Shown: positions 39,234-51,849 of the stretch, in pieces
Numbering within the stretch: the first letter of the stretch is position 1
Layout of the letters: each line of letters opens with the position of its first letter
Assembly (NCBI RefSeq): GCF_004010195.1
Contig: NC_057718.1
Span: forward strand, 65,906,770 to 65,970,769
Length of the DNA stretch: 64,000 nt
Direction of reading: 5' to 3'
DNA from: Chiloscyllium plagiosum
Taxonomy: Eukaryota
Program-made: the position numbers and the translations under genes
Notes under the pieces: generated by a model
The model's database searches: none
What the model saw: the letters and a program-made list of their open reading frames with translations, nothing else
What the model was told of the DNA's origin: nothing

Positions 39234-41671
39234 CTCACTGATTTGAATCACTTCAGCAGTGACCTTTCCTCCTTCAAAAGGTTATAAGTGCAGAAGTTCA
39301 CTTGTTGAGCAATGTTCAAGATCATTTGAGACTGTCAAATAAGCAGCACATGTCAATGTGCTCAAAGACATGGTCAGCATCCATATAATGGCTGACAAAT
39401 AGCAAGTAATATTCGCACCATAAGAGTATTTGACTGTCTATTTATGTTCAATATCATGGCTGAAAGCACCAGTATCAATACCATGGACAAGAAACTTAAC
39501 TGGATCAACTGTAAAATACTGTAGCAACAAGGGTAGGTCAGAGGCGAAGAATTCTGTTCTAAGTAGCTGACAGCCAAGCACTGTAAATTCAGGCAGTCAT
39601 CTACAAGGCACAAGTTAGAAGTGCCAGTCAACATGTTAATCCTTTACATTCTATGCAATTACATCTTCTAATTTGTGCCTTGTAGATGATGGACAAGCAC
39701 TGGAGATTCATGCGGTGAGCAACTTACCACAGAATTCCTAACCTCTGACCTACTCTACTTGTTTGGCTGAGTGCAACTTTAACAATACTCAAGCTAGACA
39801 CCATTCAGGACAGGAGCAACTTGTGAGATTGGCACCCCATCCACCACCTTGAACATTTCTTTCCTATGCTGCCGACAGTCTGTAATGATAGTGTTCACTA
39901 TTTACAAGATAGTGACCTCTTCAACCTCAAACGTAGGAAAATCACCACCGACAAGTCCCCTCCCCCCACACCGTCTCAACATCCTGAATTGGTACTATAT
40001 TGTTACTCACTGTCATTGTGTTGGAGACTCCTTACATAATAGTATTGTGAGCATCCATAAACCCCAAGATTTGCAGCAATTCAAGAAGGCAGCTCACTGC
40101 CTTTCTCTAGAACACTTTGGAAAGTGGAATAAATGCTATCCATGCAGCCATACATCCGAGCCAGCAATGCCAGCATTGCATAAACAACTTTTTGAAAAAC
40201 AAATTTTTAATAATGCTGCAGATTGAATTGGCGTTGAGATTTTTTTGGGGGAATAGTGGGTGGCACTTAATGTAGTACAAATTCATTGAGCAATGAACAC
40301 AACCGATGTATACTTTGTGGTGCAGAGCAGAATAATAATACCCCTTAATTTATAATACTCTTGAGTATACAACAAAGGTGCCAAACTATATGCTCCGAAG
40401 TTTCAAGTAAGATGTGTGAAATCATTGAAATGTAATTTCAAACTAATTGGAACTGATTTTGTTTTATTTTCCTTAAAAATGTTCAGTTGCTAAGTGAGCT
40501 AAGATTTTTTTTTGTCTGTAAGTTGAAATGTAAATACACCAGTTAAAAGACAAAATTGATTGTTTCAAAGTTTTATTAAATAATAACCCATGTGACCTTT
40601 GGATAGACATCTGAAAATTGCTTTGTGGTTGTGATTTTTATTTTAAACTGCAAAATGTTATTTAACTTGTACTCTGGAAATATAATCACCAGCTTCTTTT
40701 GCCCACATAAGCTTGCTTCACAAATTGTTCATCAAATGATAGTTAACTGTTTGAGTCAACAAAATAGTGATGTAGATATTTAAGGCAATGAGCACTTTAA
40801 GTAAAAAAAATAGATTACTTAAAATATCCAGCAGGTCTGCTTTAATATTGCATAGTATTTCAAAATATTTGCTGCACAGAAATAGGGTGTTTAGTTCATT
40901 AGGTCTACATGGGTATTTATGTGCCATCAGATTCTCCCCGAGCTCAGCTTGATGTAACACCCATCAATATACCTTTCTGTTCTTTTCTCCCACATGCACC
41001 AATCTAGCTTATCTTTGAATACATCTTAAAAATGTATTTACTTCATCTACTGCTTGTGGTAGTGAGTTCATTGGCCTGGATCTGGAAGCCCTACTCCCAT
41101 TCCTGAAATACCTTTTTTTTGTGTGTGTGGGCATTCACATGATCACATAGGACAGCTGAGCATTTGAACACAGTGTTGCATTTAAACAGTTTTTGTTGGA
41201 ACAAGGTCTGTTTCTTGCAGTGAGTGACTTAATCACATCAATAGTTAAAACACAGGAGAATGAAAGGTGGACAAAATGTGTGGAACTGTGAAGTTATTTA
41301 AAGCTCCTGCAGGCCATGTCTGGGAATTGGGGGGGAAAAAGTACCTTTAAAATTTTGTGGTTGCCTGTTGACATAAGCCTGAGGGGCATTGTTTGTTTAT
41401 TTATTACTGTTTGACAGCTTCTACAATCCTATCATCATAGTTGAGTGGTTGTAAATTCACAAATCACTGACATCTCCAAGATCTTAAGGGATTAGCTGTC
41501 TTTCATATGGAATTATGAATGCAATGTTAGTTTTCTTAGCGATTAAGTGAATGGAGTTTTCAGTTTTTATTGATGTATTGAAATATTAATAGATTATAAT
41601 TAGAATATTATTTCATTGAGCATAATTTGAGTTTTGCCCATTGTAGATATTGGGTGAGTTAGTATGAAGGG

Positions 41672-42330
41672 TCATGATGTGGAGGTGCTAGTGTTGGACT
41701 GGGGTGGGCAATGTTAAAAGTCACACAATGCCAGGTTACAATCCAACAGGTTTATTTGGAAGTGTAAGCTTTTGGAGCGCTGCTTCTTTGTCAGGTAGCT
41801 TGTGGGGCAGGATCATATGACATGGAATTTAAAGTAAAAGGTCAAAGTGTCATACAACTGATGCAAAGTATTGAACAAACCTAGATTGCTGTTAAGTCTT
41901 TAATCACTTAGAATGGGGATGCAGGTTTTGAGTGATAAATATGTAAATCTCAGAGCTTCTTTCAGGTCACAATCCCAAGATAACGTAAGGTTTTATTTTG
42001 GGAAAAAAAGTGGCATCTCAGCCCGTCAATGCATTATGGTGTTAGGTTAGAGTTTGTCTGCATCCTAATCATGAGTCAGACTGGTTCTATTTCCAAAGTA
42101 GGAACTTAAAAAATGTCACATGGACTGAGTACCTACAGATTGTGTGCTTTTTGAACAAAATATAATATATCTGCAAATGCAAATTCACCCATGGACTTAA
42201 GTGTTTATGTGTGCGGGCGTGTATGAGTAATGCGGACAGACTCTAATTGTACATCTTTAATGCATTGTTTGAGCTGAGATGTCACTTTTTTTCTATAAAA
42301 CTTTAAGTTATCTTGGGACTGTGCACCAAA
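41672..42330 (-). mobile_element. PLE family B pLTR/3' fragment; related fragment at ~50490-51010
   Basis: Shares GGTGTTGGACTGGGGTG...CCAACAGGTTTATTTGGAAG with 19.1 and 42.7 kb; decayed hammerhead at ~41763-41797. Confidence 0.75.
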
Positions 42331-42729
42331 ACCTTGACAATTTTGGTTTGTTTTCCTTTTGGTAGTTGATATTGTGTCACATTTTTCTGCATATGAACTG
42401 CCCCCATCATTTATTGCTCTCTTCGGGCGGGCGAGCGAGCGACACGGGCAGTTGATCAAGTTTTCTCCAAACGTTCAGCAAAATTCAATTACACAGATGA
42501 CCAAATGGAGTAAGTTAAGCTGTCAAGACGACAAGGGACTGGGTCATGCAGGCTACAGTGTTTGCTGGAAGTGAGACAGGTGTGCCGAGGGTCAGGAGAA
42601 TGAAGCTGCAGGTCTTTGGTACGGATGTATTGATGGAGGAAAGGGACTGCAAATGAGAGAGTAGTTTTTAATCCTTTCAGCAATGGCATACTCAGCTAGC
42701 TTAGAACCAGGAAAACTTGGATCATTGAG

Positions 42730-42890
42730 TTAAAAATCACACAACATCAGGTTATAGTCCAACAGGTTTAATTGGAAGCGCACTAGCTTTCGGAGTGACA
42801 CTCCTTCATCAGGTGATTGTCACAACCTGATGTTGTGTGATTTTTAACTTTGTACACCCCAGTCCAACACCGGCATCTCCAAATCGTGGT
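42730..42890. mobile_element. PLE family B mini-element with internal inverted repeat and TSD
   Basis: TCATTGAG at 42722-42729 and 42891-42898; inverted repeat 42728-42753 / 42824-42849. Confidence 0.88.
42781..42815 (-). ncRNA. Minimal type I hammerhead ribozyme (family B)
   Basis: Minus strand CAC-CUGAUGA-A-GGAGU(GUC)ACUCC-GAAAG-CUA|GUG; helix I CAC/GUG; palindromic AGCU stem III. Confidence 0.78.
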
Positions 42891-44599
42891 TCATTGAGGT
42901 AATAATAAGCTAAGAGAGGCGAGAGAAAACTTAATGGGCATGAACACTTCCAGTTCAGTCTTAAAACAAAAGTATTCATTACTACAGATGATAATTTGTT
43001 TCATCTCAAAGCAGCTCATGTACAGCTCATATTGGAGGTGCATTGACTATGTTAGAAACAAACATGCAACCATTTAGTTGCGACTTCAGCAATCTTGGGA
43101 AAGCATGTTTAGAGTATTAGTTTTTTGTATTTAAATGTGTTAGTATTTTTTAAATACACATTTATTACTAAGTTATGCCTGTTGATCTGTACTAATTTGA
43201 CTACTGTGATATCTAGGAAATTAATGCTGTCCTTTAAGTTTAATATAACTGATTATTAAGGAAATTGATGAATTTATTCTTTTTGCTTTTCTTAATGCTT
43301 TTTGTATCCAAGTTACTGATATATCAACACATGCATATGATCATGTTATTATGTATGTTATTACATGACTATGTCACTATTAAAGGAGAGTGGGAATGAG
43401 AAAGGAGCCCCTGAAAGCCAAGAAGTAACCATTGAAAAAATCTCAAAAGGATCCTTAAAAAAATTTTTGATCTTTTGAATTGAAGTTCAAAATCAGTCAC
43501 AATCATAGTAAATGGCAGAACAGGCTTGGCATGTAGTATGTACTACTGCTCCTATTTCTTATATTCCTTCTGGAATCATTCATAATTTGTGATATGCTTT
43601 AATTGACTAATCAAATTGTAATATTGTTCTCTTATTGGGTTCAGATTCTATTTTTGATTTAAATCAAAAGAATAACATCATCAAAGACCACATTAATAGT
43701 TTCTAGTCAGAGACTTCCTGGTGCTACTACGTTTTGCATTCAGTACTCAATCCATATGATCCAAGTGCTAAATATTTGGTTTCAGGTATGTTTTGATTTC
43801 TCTATTTAGTAATTGCACACTGGCTGTAACAAGTATACTTGATTTATAAGGGCTGTTGTGAAACAGCGTTAGTTTCTCTGCCTTAGAACCAGAAGACCTG
43901 GGCTCAAGTACAATGTGCTCCACAAGTGTGTCATAGTGTCTTTGAATAGGTTGATTTAAAAATATGTATCCTTGATTGTGCTTTCTCCATATCATGTTCG
44001 CATTTGCTGCTGTGCAGTTGTACTTTTCTAATGTTTTCTCTTATTGATTAGGTAAAAATAATTCCTTTTCAATAAAATGCCTGGCACCTGGTGAACTGAC
44101 TTTCACATATTTCGCATCAGGTTTGAGTATAACGTCCATCGGGCTCTTGATGGCTTGAGTCATGAATCTGATGTTGACTGACGCCCTCTTGCCCAGCTGT
44201 GCCGGTAACATCCAACCTGCTCTTTAGCCATCCAGGTCTGGTCAGCCCACTGTCCTGAGCCCTCACCTCTGTCAGCCTGCAGAACCATTGCTGACGGAGG
44301 AATCTGTTCCTGAGCAATAGTTCCCTTACAATAGCCACCACTCCTGCAGGGAGAGTACTCTGGTATGACCTGACCATGTCTCAGACTTTGATCAAATCCA
44401 AGTAAAAGACAATTCCTGAAGGAAGGACTACTTCATGAACAGGAACTGCATGTTTATAATTGAGGCTGCTCATCTAATGGAAGAAATATGTCATCAGGGT
44501 GCATCACTTTGGAAGACATTCAACATAAAGGTACAGGGTCACTACTTGAGCGTGAAGCATGCCAACACCTGTGCCCTTTCCCATATGGGAGATTTGAAT

Positions 44600-46050
44600 C
44601 TCCGTTAGAGTGTCTATAGAGGCATTTGTGAAGATTAAATAGAAGTGCAGACTGAAAGTCGATAGCTTTCTAAAAGGCACTGGTGAAGACGAAAAGATCC
44701 TTTATATTATTTTGTGGGCAGGATAGAGCAGGTTATATCAGCTCAACAGCTGAAATCTGAGTGAAGAGAATTCCAGGCATAATTTTTGACAGCTTGATTC
44801 ATATCTCCAGTCAAAGTAAAATCATCAGATCTGTCGATAGGACCTTCAAGGCCCCGAGGCAGGAATTAGGTTTGCCTGTTTGACAATTTCATAATCAGAC
44901 TAAAAAATGTAGTCGTAAACTCTAAATTTTAAGACATACATGGAAATATTGCTAGAACAGTCCATTTGATAGTTTGAATAACGTGAAGTACAGGAATTGT
45001 GAATTTGTTCAATATTACAGTCTGTAGAATTTGCTGGAGTACATAAAGACGTGAGTAAATGAATGAAATTCTGACTAAGTTGACTAGCTTTTACTTAAAT
45101 CAGGAAAAAAGAATGAGTTAATATATTGAAATAACAACAAAAGACGGAGAGAAAGATGTGCAAGAGGTGTAGGTACCCACATGCTTTATAGGGCTGAAGA
45201 AAATGCCCCACGTGGAGAGCTTATGATAAGTTATGATCACTGCCAAATAAAATTGCAGAACAAGGAAAGGAGATCGTCAGAGTTTTCAGAAACAGTAAAA
45301 ATGTGAGTGGAAAGTGAAAGCATTCAATTAAAACCTGAGAAGATGATAAATGTGTTTGCCACAACAGGCATTGGAACCATAAAAAATGCATGGGATGTCT
45401 GGATGTGGCAGTTCCCAGAGAAAAGTAAATCCACCAGGGTGACAAATAAGCTTTGAACCATAAACCTGAATAGAAGCTTGCTACCTTAACATAGAGTATC
45501 ATCTTGCTGTCACCATTATAGAGAACCACAACCATCACTTTTCATCAATTTGATCCACATCTCTTGAGGTTGATATGACATTACCTGCCAAACTTAAATG
45601 TTGGAATGCATAAGATAACTCTGCTAAATAAGGTGCTTCCTACAAGTGACCAAGCGAAAGTAAGACCATGGGTCGCTGATGTGCAGGTCAAAAGGCATGC
45701 TAAATATTTGCCTAAGCTATTGAAAGGTCATTTTATACACTGCAGCAATTAGTCAAGAAAATCAGGAATCTCACTAAAAATTGTTGACAGCTGAATATTC
45801 AAGATTGTGCATCATTGTGACCAGAACTAGTAAGCAAATGAGAAGGAAGAGAGTCCAGATGCGACCTCCACCTGATCAAGAAAAGATTATTGACAGCAGC
45901 AACACCACTAACCAACAAAACAACATATCCAGCAAATGACACAACAGGTGATGTCAAGTAAGATCCCGGAATATCAGAAGCAGTATGTGCAAACTCATCT
46001 GGGCATCAAGCTATCTCACCAGTGAGAGTGAAGAGTGCTGTACCTACAAG
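44600..46050 (+). mobile_element. Highly decayed LTR-retrotransposon internal remnant (gag-like)
   Basis: Fragmentary EDEKILYIILWAG and FDNFIIRLKNVV resemble Gypsy gag; there is no intact ORF. Confidence 0.35.
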
Positions 46051-47640
46051 TTGGAGGCACAACGTTCTAACACTTAAGTAATGCTCTGAATAGTTTTAGA
46101 AAAGTTAACACTTTAAGGTGTTCAGTTTAGTTATAAAAATTGACTGTTAGTCTTCAGTTTTGGAAAAAAAATGTTAATCATTTGGAAGAGGTATTGACCC
46201 AGATACTCTGTCCCGTCAGGTAATCGTTGGAGCAGCACAGGCTGGGGTTGTGCCGACGCTCTGGAATTCCAGATACTGACTCAGTGACAATTGTCTGGGA
46301 AATTAAGATTCCAGTGGATAATTTCCCTGTATCTGGAACTCTCAAAGAATCCATTATAGACAGAGAATTTGTATGGTTTCACTTCTGCGATATTAGTAGT
46401 TATCTAATAATTATCTTAAACTAGTGTAGCCATTAAACTGTTGTCCAGCTTATCTCATAACAAAGCCACACTTCCCTTGATCCCTTACACCACCTTCCCA
46501 CACCTCCAATCTGCTGATCCTGGAACTTGCTATGGGGCACTGACCCACAAAATAATTATCCTCATTCATTGTAAATTATTAGGTTTGTTTATTCTTACTG
46601 TTCCTTATCCAGAAATTTTGTAAAGTGCCTTTAATGTAATGAACTTGCTGAGGTGCTTCCAAGGAGCATTATAAAACAATATATTACACAGGTGGTGTTG
46701 GATGAAATGATCAGAAACTGAAACCATGGCCAGCAGTGGTAAAGTAATAAAAATTGAGGGTACACAAGGCCAGAATTACAGGGGCACAGATACCTTAGAA
46801 TGCTGTAGGGCTGGACAGATTACAACAAGCAACATCTCAGCAATTTGTTTTGGTTTTAAAATCCATGTGTTTGCTTGAACAGGGTATAGATGCGTAATAG
46901 GGTACTTGGACTTGCTGCAAGTTAGGGCATGGTTGGTGGAGTTTTGGACGATAATTTTATGGAAAGTAAAATGGAAGACATTAGCAAAACGTGCATTGGT
47001 GTGGTCCAGTCTAGGGATTACTCAAGTATGATTTGAGGTTTCAGCAGGATGAAAAGTGATGTTTCAGAAGTGAAAGTAGGCAGCCTAAATGAAATCCTGA
47101 ATAGAAGTTTGGAATCTCATCATAGGATCAGATGTGATATTAAGGCTGCAAATGGACTGGTTTAATTGTAGACTTACCAGGAAGAGGGATGGAATCTGTT
47201 GTCTAGCAACTGCAAATGATGACTTAATTTGTCTTGATATTTATATTGGAGGAAATTAATCCTCATTGAAGACTAGATTATCATGGAGGAAGTCTGTTAA
47301 TTTCAAAACAGTAGAGGTATTATGATCGGTATTGATGAGTAGAGTTAAGTGATGTCACTGTACATGTGAAAAATAATGCTAGGCATTTAGATGATCTCAC
47401 TGAGGAGCGGCATATAGATGCGAAATAGGAGGCGGCAAAGGACACTAAAGGTAATAATGCAAGAGTAGGAAAAGAAGCTATTATCATTGATTCACTGGTT
47501 ACACTTCAATTGTCAGACAGGCAGTCATGCTGTGCAGACATGGGCACATGCGCACACACCAAGAATAATAAGCTACTTAAATTTTATGTTGAAGTTTTTT
47601 TTGTTTCTTGATTCTCAAATCTTGTCTCTTTTCCTTTTAG

Positions 47641-47724
47641 TTGTACTCATTGAATGAGTATAAACCACCCATCTCCAGGGCCAAAATGAACCAGGTGACA
47701 AAGGCGGCTATCAAGTCTATTAAG
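47641..47724 (+). CDS. SCAF8: SCAF8 coding exon 2 (LYSLNEYKPPISRAKMNQVTKAAIKSIK), CID domain
   Basis: Long polypyrimidine tract ending TTTTAG; 84 nt in frame with exon 1; donor AAG|GTACAT. Closer to SCAF8 (LYSLNDYKPPISKAKMTQITKAAIKAIK) than to SCAF4 (LFSLMDMKPP), both recalled from memory. Confidence 0.93.
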
Positions 47725-48452
47725 GTACATTTTAAAATGAATTTGTCCATTGCACTGCATCAGTTTTAAAGCAAACTTTGAATGAAATGTTTCTGAAATA
47801 CGGGTATAGATTGCAGCATAATCTGATGTTCACAGTTTCTGTTTAGTTAGTGATTAACTGTAGTCATACTTTAACTGTCATAAATGTGCAGTTATGTTTT
47901 TAATTTAGCTTATTTTCTGACTTCAGAAAGTCACCAGTACTAATTTGCATTCCCATCATATGTTACTTCCAATGTCTAAGTTTGCTTTATCAAGACTTGA
48001 ATTTCTTCAGACCAGTGATGTTCAGCATTATTTTGGTGACATCTATGAATTATCAGTTCAATGAGTTGGGCTTTTAAAGTCTAAAAAACAGTTTAATTTG
48101 ATATTTTGTAATTAACCTATTGAGAGATGGTATTACACACCACTGGAGCAGGTGGACCTTGAAGCCAGGCCTCATGGCTCAGAGGTAAGGAATCTACCAC
48201 TGCACCATGAGACACTTCCGCAGCAATATTTAGACTTTAACTTTTCATTGCTGTTTTGCCCTTCTTATTATTTTTTTGAACTTGAGGCTTGAAAAGAGCT
48301 GTAGTTCTCTTTGGCCTGACTATTTGGAAAGGACCATTCTTGACCCTTGGGTTATAAGATTCATCCATTATTATTCATGGCTGTGAGCTGTGCAAATCAA
48401 TAGAAATCATAATTTAAACTTTGTATGTAACTCACAGGCTTTGAACTGAGTT

Positions 48453-50428
48453 ATGGACTCCCCCACCCCAGGGAAAAGACCTTGTCTATTTACCCTATCT
48501 ATGCCCCTCATGATTTTATAAACCTCGATAAGGTTACCCATCAGCCTCCGACGCTTCAGGAAAAACGGCCCTTGCCTATTCAGCCCCTCCCTTTAGCTCA
48601 AACCCTTCAATCCTGACAACATCCTTGTAAACCTTTTCTGAACCCTTTCAAGTTTCACAACATCCTTCCTATAGGAGGGAGACCTGAATTGCACACACTA
48701 CCAAAAGTGGCCGAACCAATATTTCTGTACAGCGGCAACATGACCTCCCAACTCCTATACTCAATATCGGAACAATAAAGGAAAGCATACCAAACGCCGC
48801 CTTCATTATTCTATCTAACTGCAACTGCATTATCAATGAACTATGAACCTGCACTCCAAGGTCTCTTTATTCACCAACACTCCCCAGGACCTTACCATTA
48901 AATGTATAACTCCTGCTCTGATTTGCCTTTCCAAAATGCAGCACCTCACATTTATCTAAGTTAAATTCCATCTGCCATTCTCAGCCCAGTGCCCCATCTG
49001 ATCAAGATACTGTTGTGCTCCGAGGTAGCTTTCTTCACTGTCCACTACACCTCCAATTTTGGCGTCATCTGCAAACTTACTAACTATACTTCCAATGTTC
49101 ACATCCAAATCATTTATATAAATGAAGAAAAGCTGTGGACCCAGCACCAATCCTTGTGGCACTCTGCTGGTCACAGGCCTCCAGTCTGAAAGGCAACCCT
49201 CCATCATCATCGTCTGTCTACTACCTTTGAGCCAGTTCTGTGTCCAAATGGCTAGTTCTCCCTGTATTCCATGAGATCTAACCTTGCTAACCAGCCTACC
49301 ATGAGGAATCTTGTCAAACGCCTTGCCACATAGAACACGTCCACCGCTTAATCCTCATCGCTCTACTTTGTTACTACTTCATAAAAATCACTCAAGTTCG
49401 TGAGACATGATTTCCCACACACACAGCCATACTGACTATCCCTAATCAGTCCTTGCCTTCCCTTGGGATTCCCTCCAACAACTTCCCCACTACCGATGTC
49501 AGGCTCACAGGTCTGCATTTCTCTGGCATTTCTTTACTCCCTTTCTTAAATAGTGGCACCACATTAGCCAACCTGCAGTCTTCCAGCACCTCCCCTGTGA
49601 CTATCGATGATATAAATATCTCAGTAAGGAACCCCGCAATCACTTCCCAACTTCAGAGTTCTAGGTTACACATGATTTAAGGTTCTGGGGATTTATCCAC
49701 TTTGTGTTTAAAGACGTCCAGTACCATCATCTCTGCAATATGGACATTTTTCAAGATTTCACCATCTATTTCCCACAGTAAACACAGTTGTAAAATACTC
49801 GTTTAGTATCTCCCCCATATCCTGCCGTTCCATGCTGCCTTGCTGATCTTTGAGGGGTCCTATTAAGAAGGGCTTATGCCCGAAACGTCGATTCTCCTGT
49901 TCCCTGGATGCTGCCTGACCTGCGGCGCTTTTCCAGCAACACATTTTCAGCTCCTATTCTCTCCCGAGCTACCTTTTGTCCTTAACATATTTATAAAATC
50001 CATTCGGATTCTCCTTTACCCTGTTTGCCAAAGGTTTCTCATATCCACCTTTTGCCCTTAATTTCCCTCTTAAGTATACTTATACTGCTTTTATATTCTT
50101 CTAAGGATTCACTCGATCTCTGCTGTCTATACTTGACATATGCTTCCTTCTTTTTCTTAACCAAACCCTCAATTTCTTTAGTCATCCAATATTCCCTACA
50201 CCTGTCAGCCTTGCCTTTTACCCTGACAGGAATACACAGTCTCCGGACTCTCATTATCTCATCTTTGAGGCTTCCCATTTTCCAGCCATCCCTTTACCTG
50301 CGAATATCTGCCCCCAGTCAACTTTTGAAAGTTCTTGCCTAATACGATCAAAATTGGCCTTCCTCCAATTTGGAACTTTAACTTTTATATCCAGTCCATC
50401 CTTTTCTCTCACTATTTTAAAACTAACA
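48453..50428 (-). mobile_element. CR1 LINE ORF2 fragment
   Basis: ORFs WRPVTSRVPQGLVLGPQLFFIYINDLD...KFADD and ANVVPLFKKG...RPVSLTSVVGKLLE. Confidence 0.93.
49865..49951 (+). mobile_element. 87-bp PLE family A pLTR insertion in CR1 with 7-bp TSD
   Basis: TCCTATT at 49858-49864 and 49952-49958; the uninterrupted site is visible in the CR1 copy at 6361 (GAGGGGTCCTATTCTCTC). Confidence 0.92.
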
Positions 50429-51526
50429 GGAACTCATTGAATGTAATATTAAACAAATTTAGCTTGAGTCTTTCATCATTTTGAATGATCATTAGTTTTG
50501 GTTCCTTCATATGAAAATCCCAGTCTGAAAGGCAACCCTCCGCCACCACCCTCTGTCTAGTACCTTTGAGCCAGTTCAGTATCCAAATGGCTAGTTTTCC
50601 CGATATTCCATGAGATCTAACCTTGCTAACCAGTCTACCATGAGGAACCTTGACTAATACCTTATTGAAGTGCGCCTTACCATATAGAACATGTCCCCCT
50701 CTTAGTCCTCATCAATCTACTTTGTTACTTCTTCATAAAAATCACTCAAAATCCCAGAGCTTTTTTAAAGTTACATTCTCAAGATAGCTTTTAACAATAC
50801 GTGTCATCTCAATTCGGATAATGCATTGAAGGTGTGAAGTTAAAGTCTGTGTCCCAATATTAGGTCAGACTGATTCGATATCTAAAGTGGGATTTACAGA
50901 ATCTTACATGGATGTATGCAGTTTTTGAGCAAAATAAAATGTACTTCTGCAAATACAAATTCACCCCTCAACTTATGTATGTGTGCATGCATGTCGGTGT
51001 CTATTGCAGTGTGTCTGAGAGAGAGTGTGGTCACACACATATATGTCTGAGATTGTTGCAAAATAACCCAAGAATGCAACTTTCTCATTTATTCAAACAT
51101 CTGAGTAGAGGTGAGGGCCACAAAAAGTAAATATCTGGACATGAAAGCAGCACTAGATAAAATGAATTGAAAAACAAGGTTAAATCTCTAGAGATGCTTT
51201 AGAAAGCTTTGAATAAGATATGTGATTACTCTAGGCAGTAATTTATCTCAAAGTTGCATCATCTGTGACTAAATAAGGACACTGAAGATAATAGTGTGTG
51301 AAGAGTCAATAGATTTTAACAAGCCCCTGTGTAAGGAATAACTAAGAGAAAGAGGAATTAGTGCATGAGAGAAAACCAGCTAAAAGTAGGAAAAAGGGCA
51401 GTGTTTTTCTGTAAGTATTCAAATAAGAAAAAAAATTCAAGTGTTTGCTGGTCCTGTTTGAGGAAATGCATGCAATTGGCAGCTGTATTTTGTATGTCTT
51501 TCCATTAGAGGATTTTAAAAAAAAGA

Positions 51527-51840
51527 GTGTAGCATGGAAACAAACCCTTTGGACCAACCCATCCATGCCGACCAGATATCCGAGCCTGATCTAGTCCCAT
51601 TTGTCAGTACTTGGCACATCTTCCTCTCTTATTTATATACCCATCCAGATGCCTTTTAAATGTTGCAATTGTACTAGCCTCCACCACTTCCTCTGGCAGC
51701 TCATTCCATACATGCACCACCCTCTGTGTGAAAATGTTGCCCCTTAGTTCCCTTTTATATCTTTCCCCTCTTACCTTAAACCTATGCCCTCTAGTTCTGG
51801 ACTCCCCACGACAGGGAAAAGACCTTGGCTATTTATCCTA
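51527..51840 (-). mobile_element. CR1 3' end
   Basis: Closely similar to 24430-24750 and 5810-5990. Confidence 0.88.
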
Positions 51841-51849
51841 ACAGATACT

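Larger units (their letters stand above)
38500..40170 (+). mobile_element. Old degenerate LINE (CR1/L2-like) RT remnant hosting the palindromic insertion
   Basis: Decayed YLTIWKVIQVCPTHKK, YQCINL..IISSVMEG and AFDIK motifs. Confidence 0.55.
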
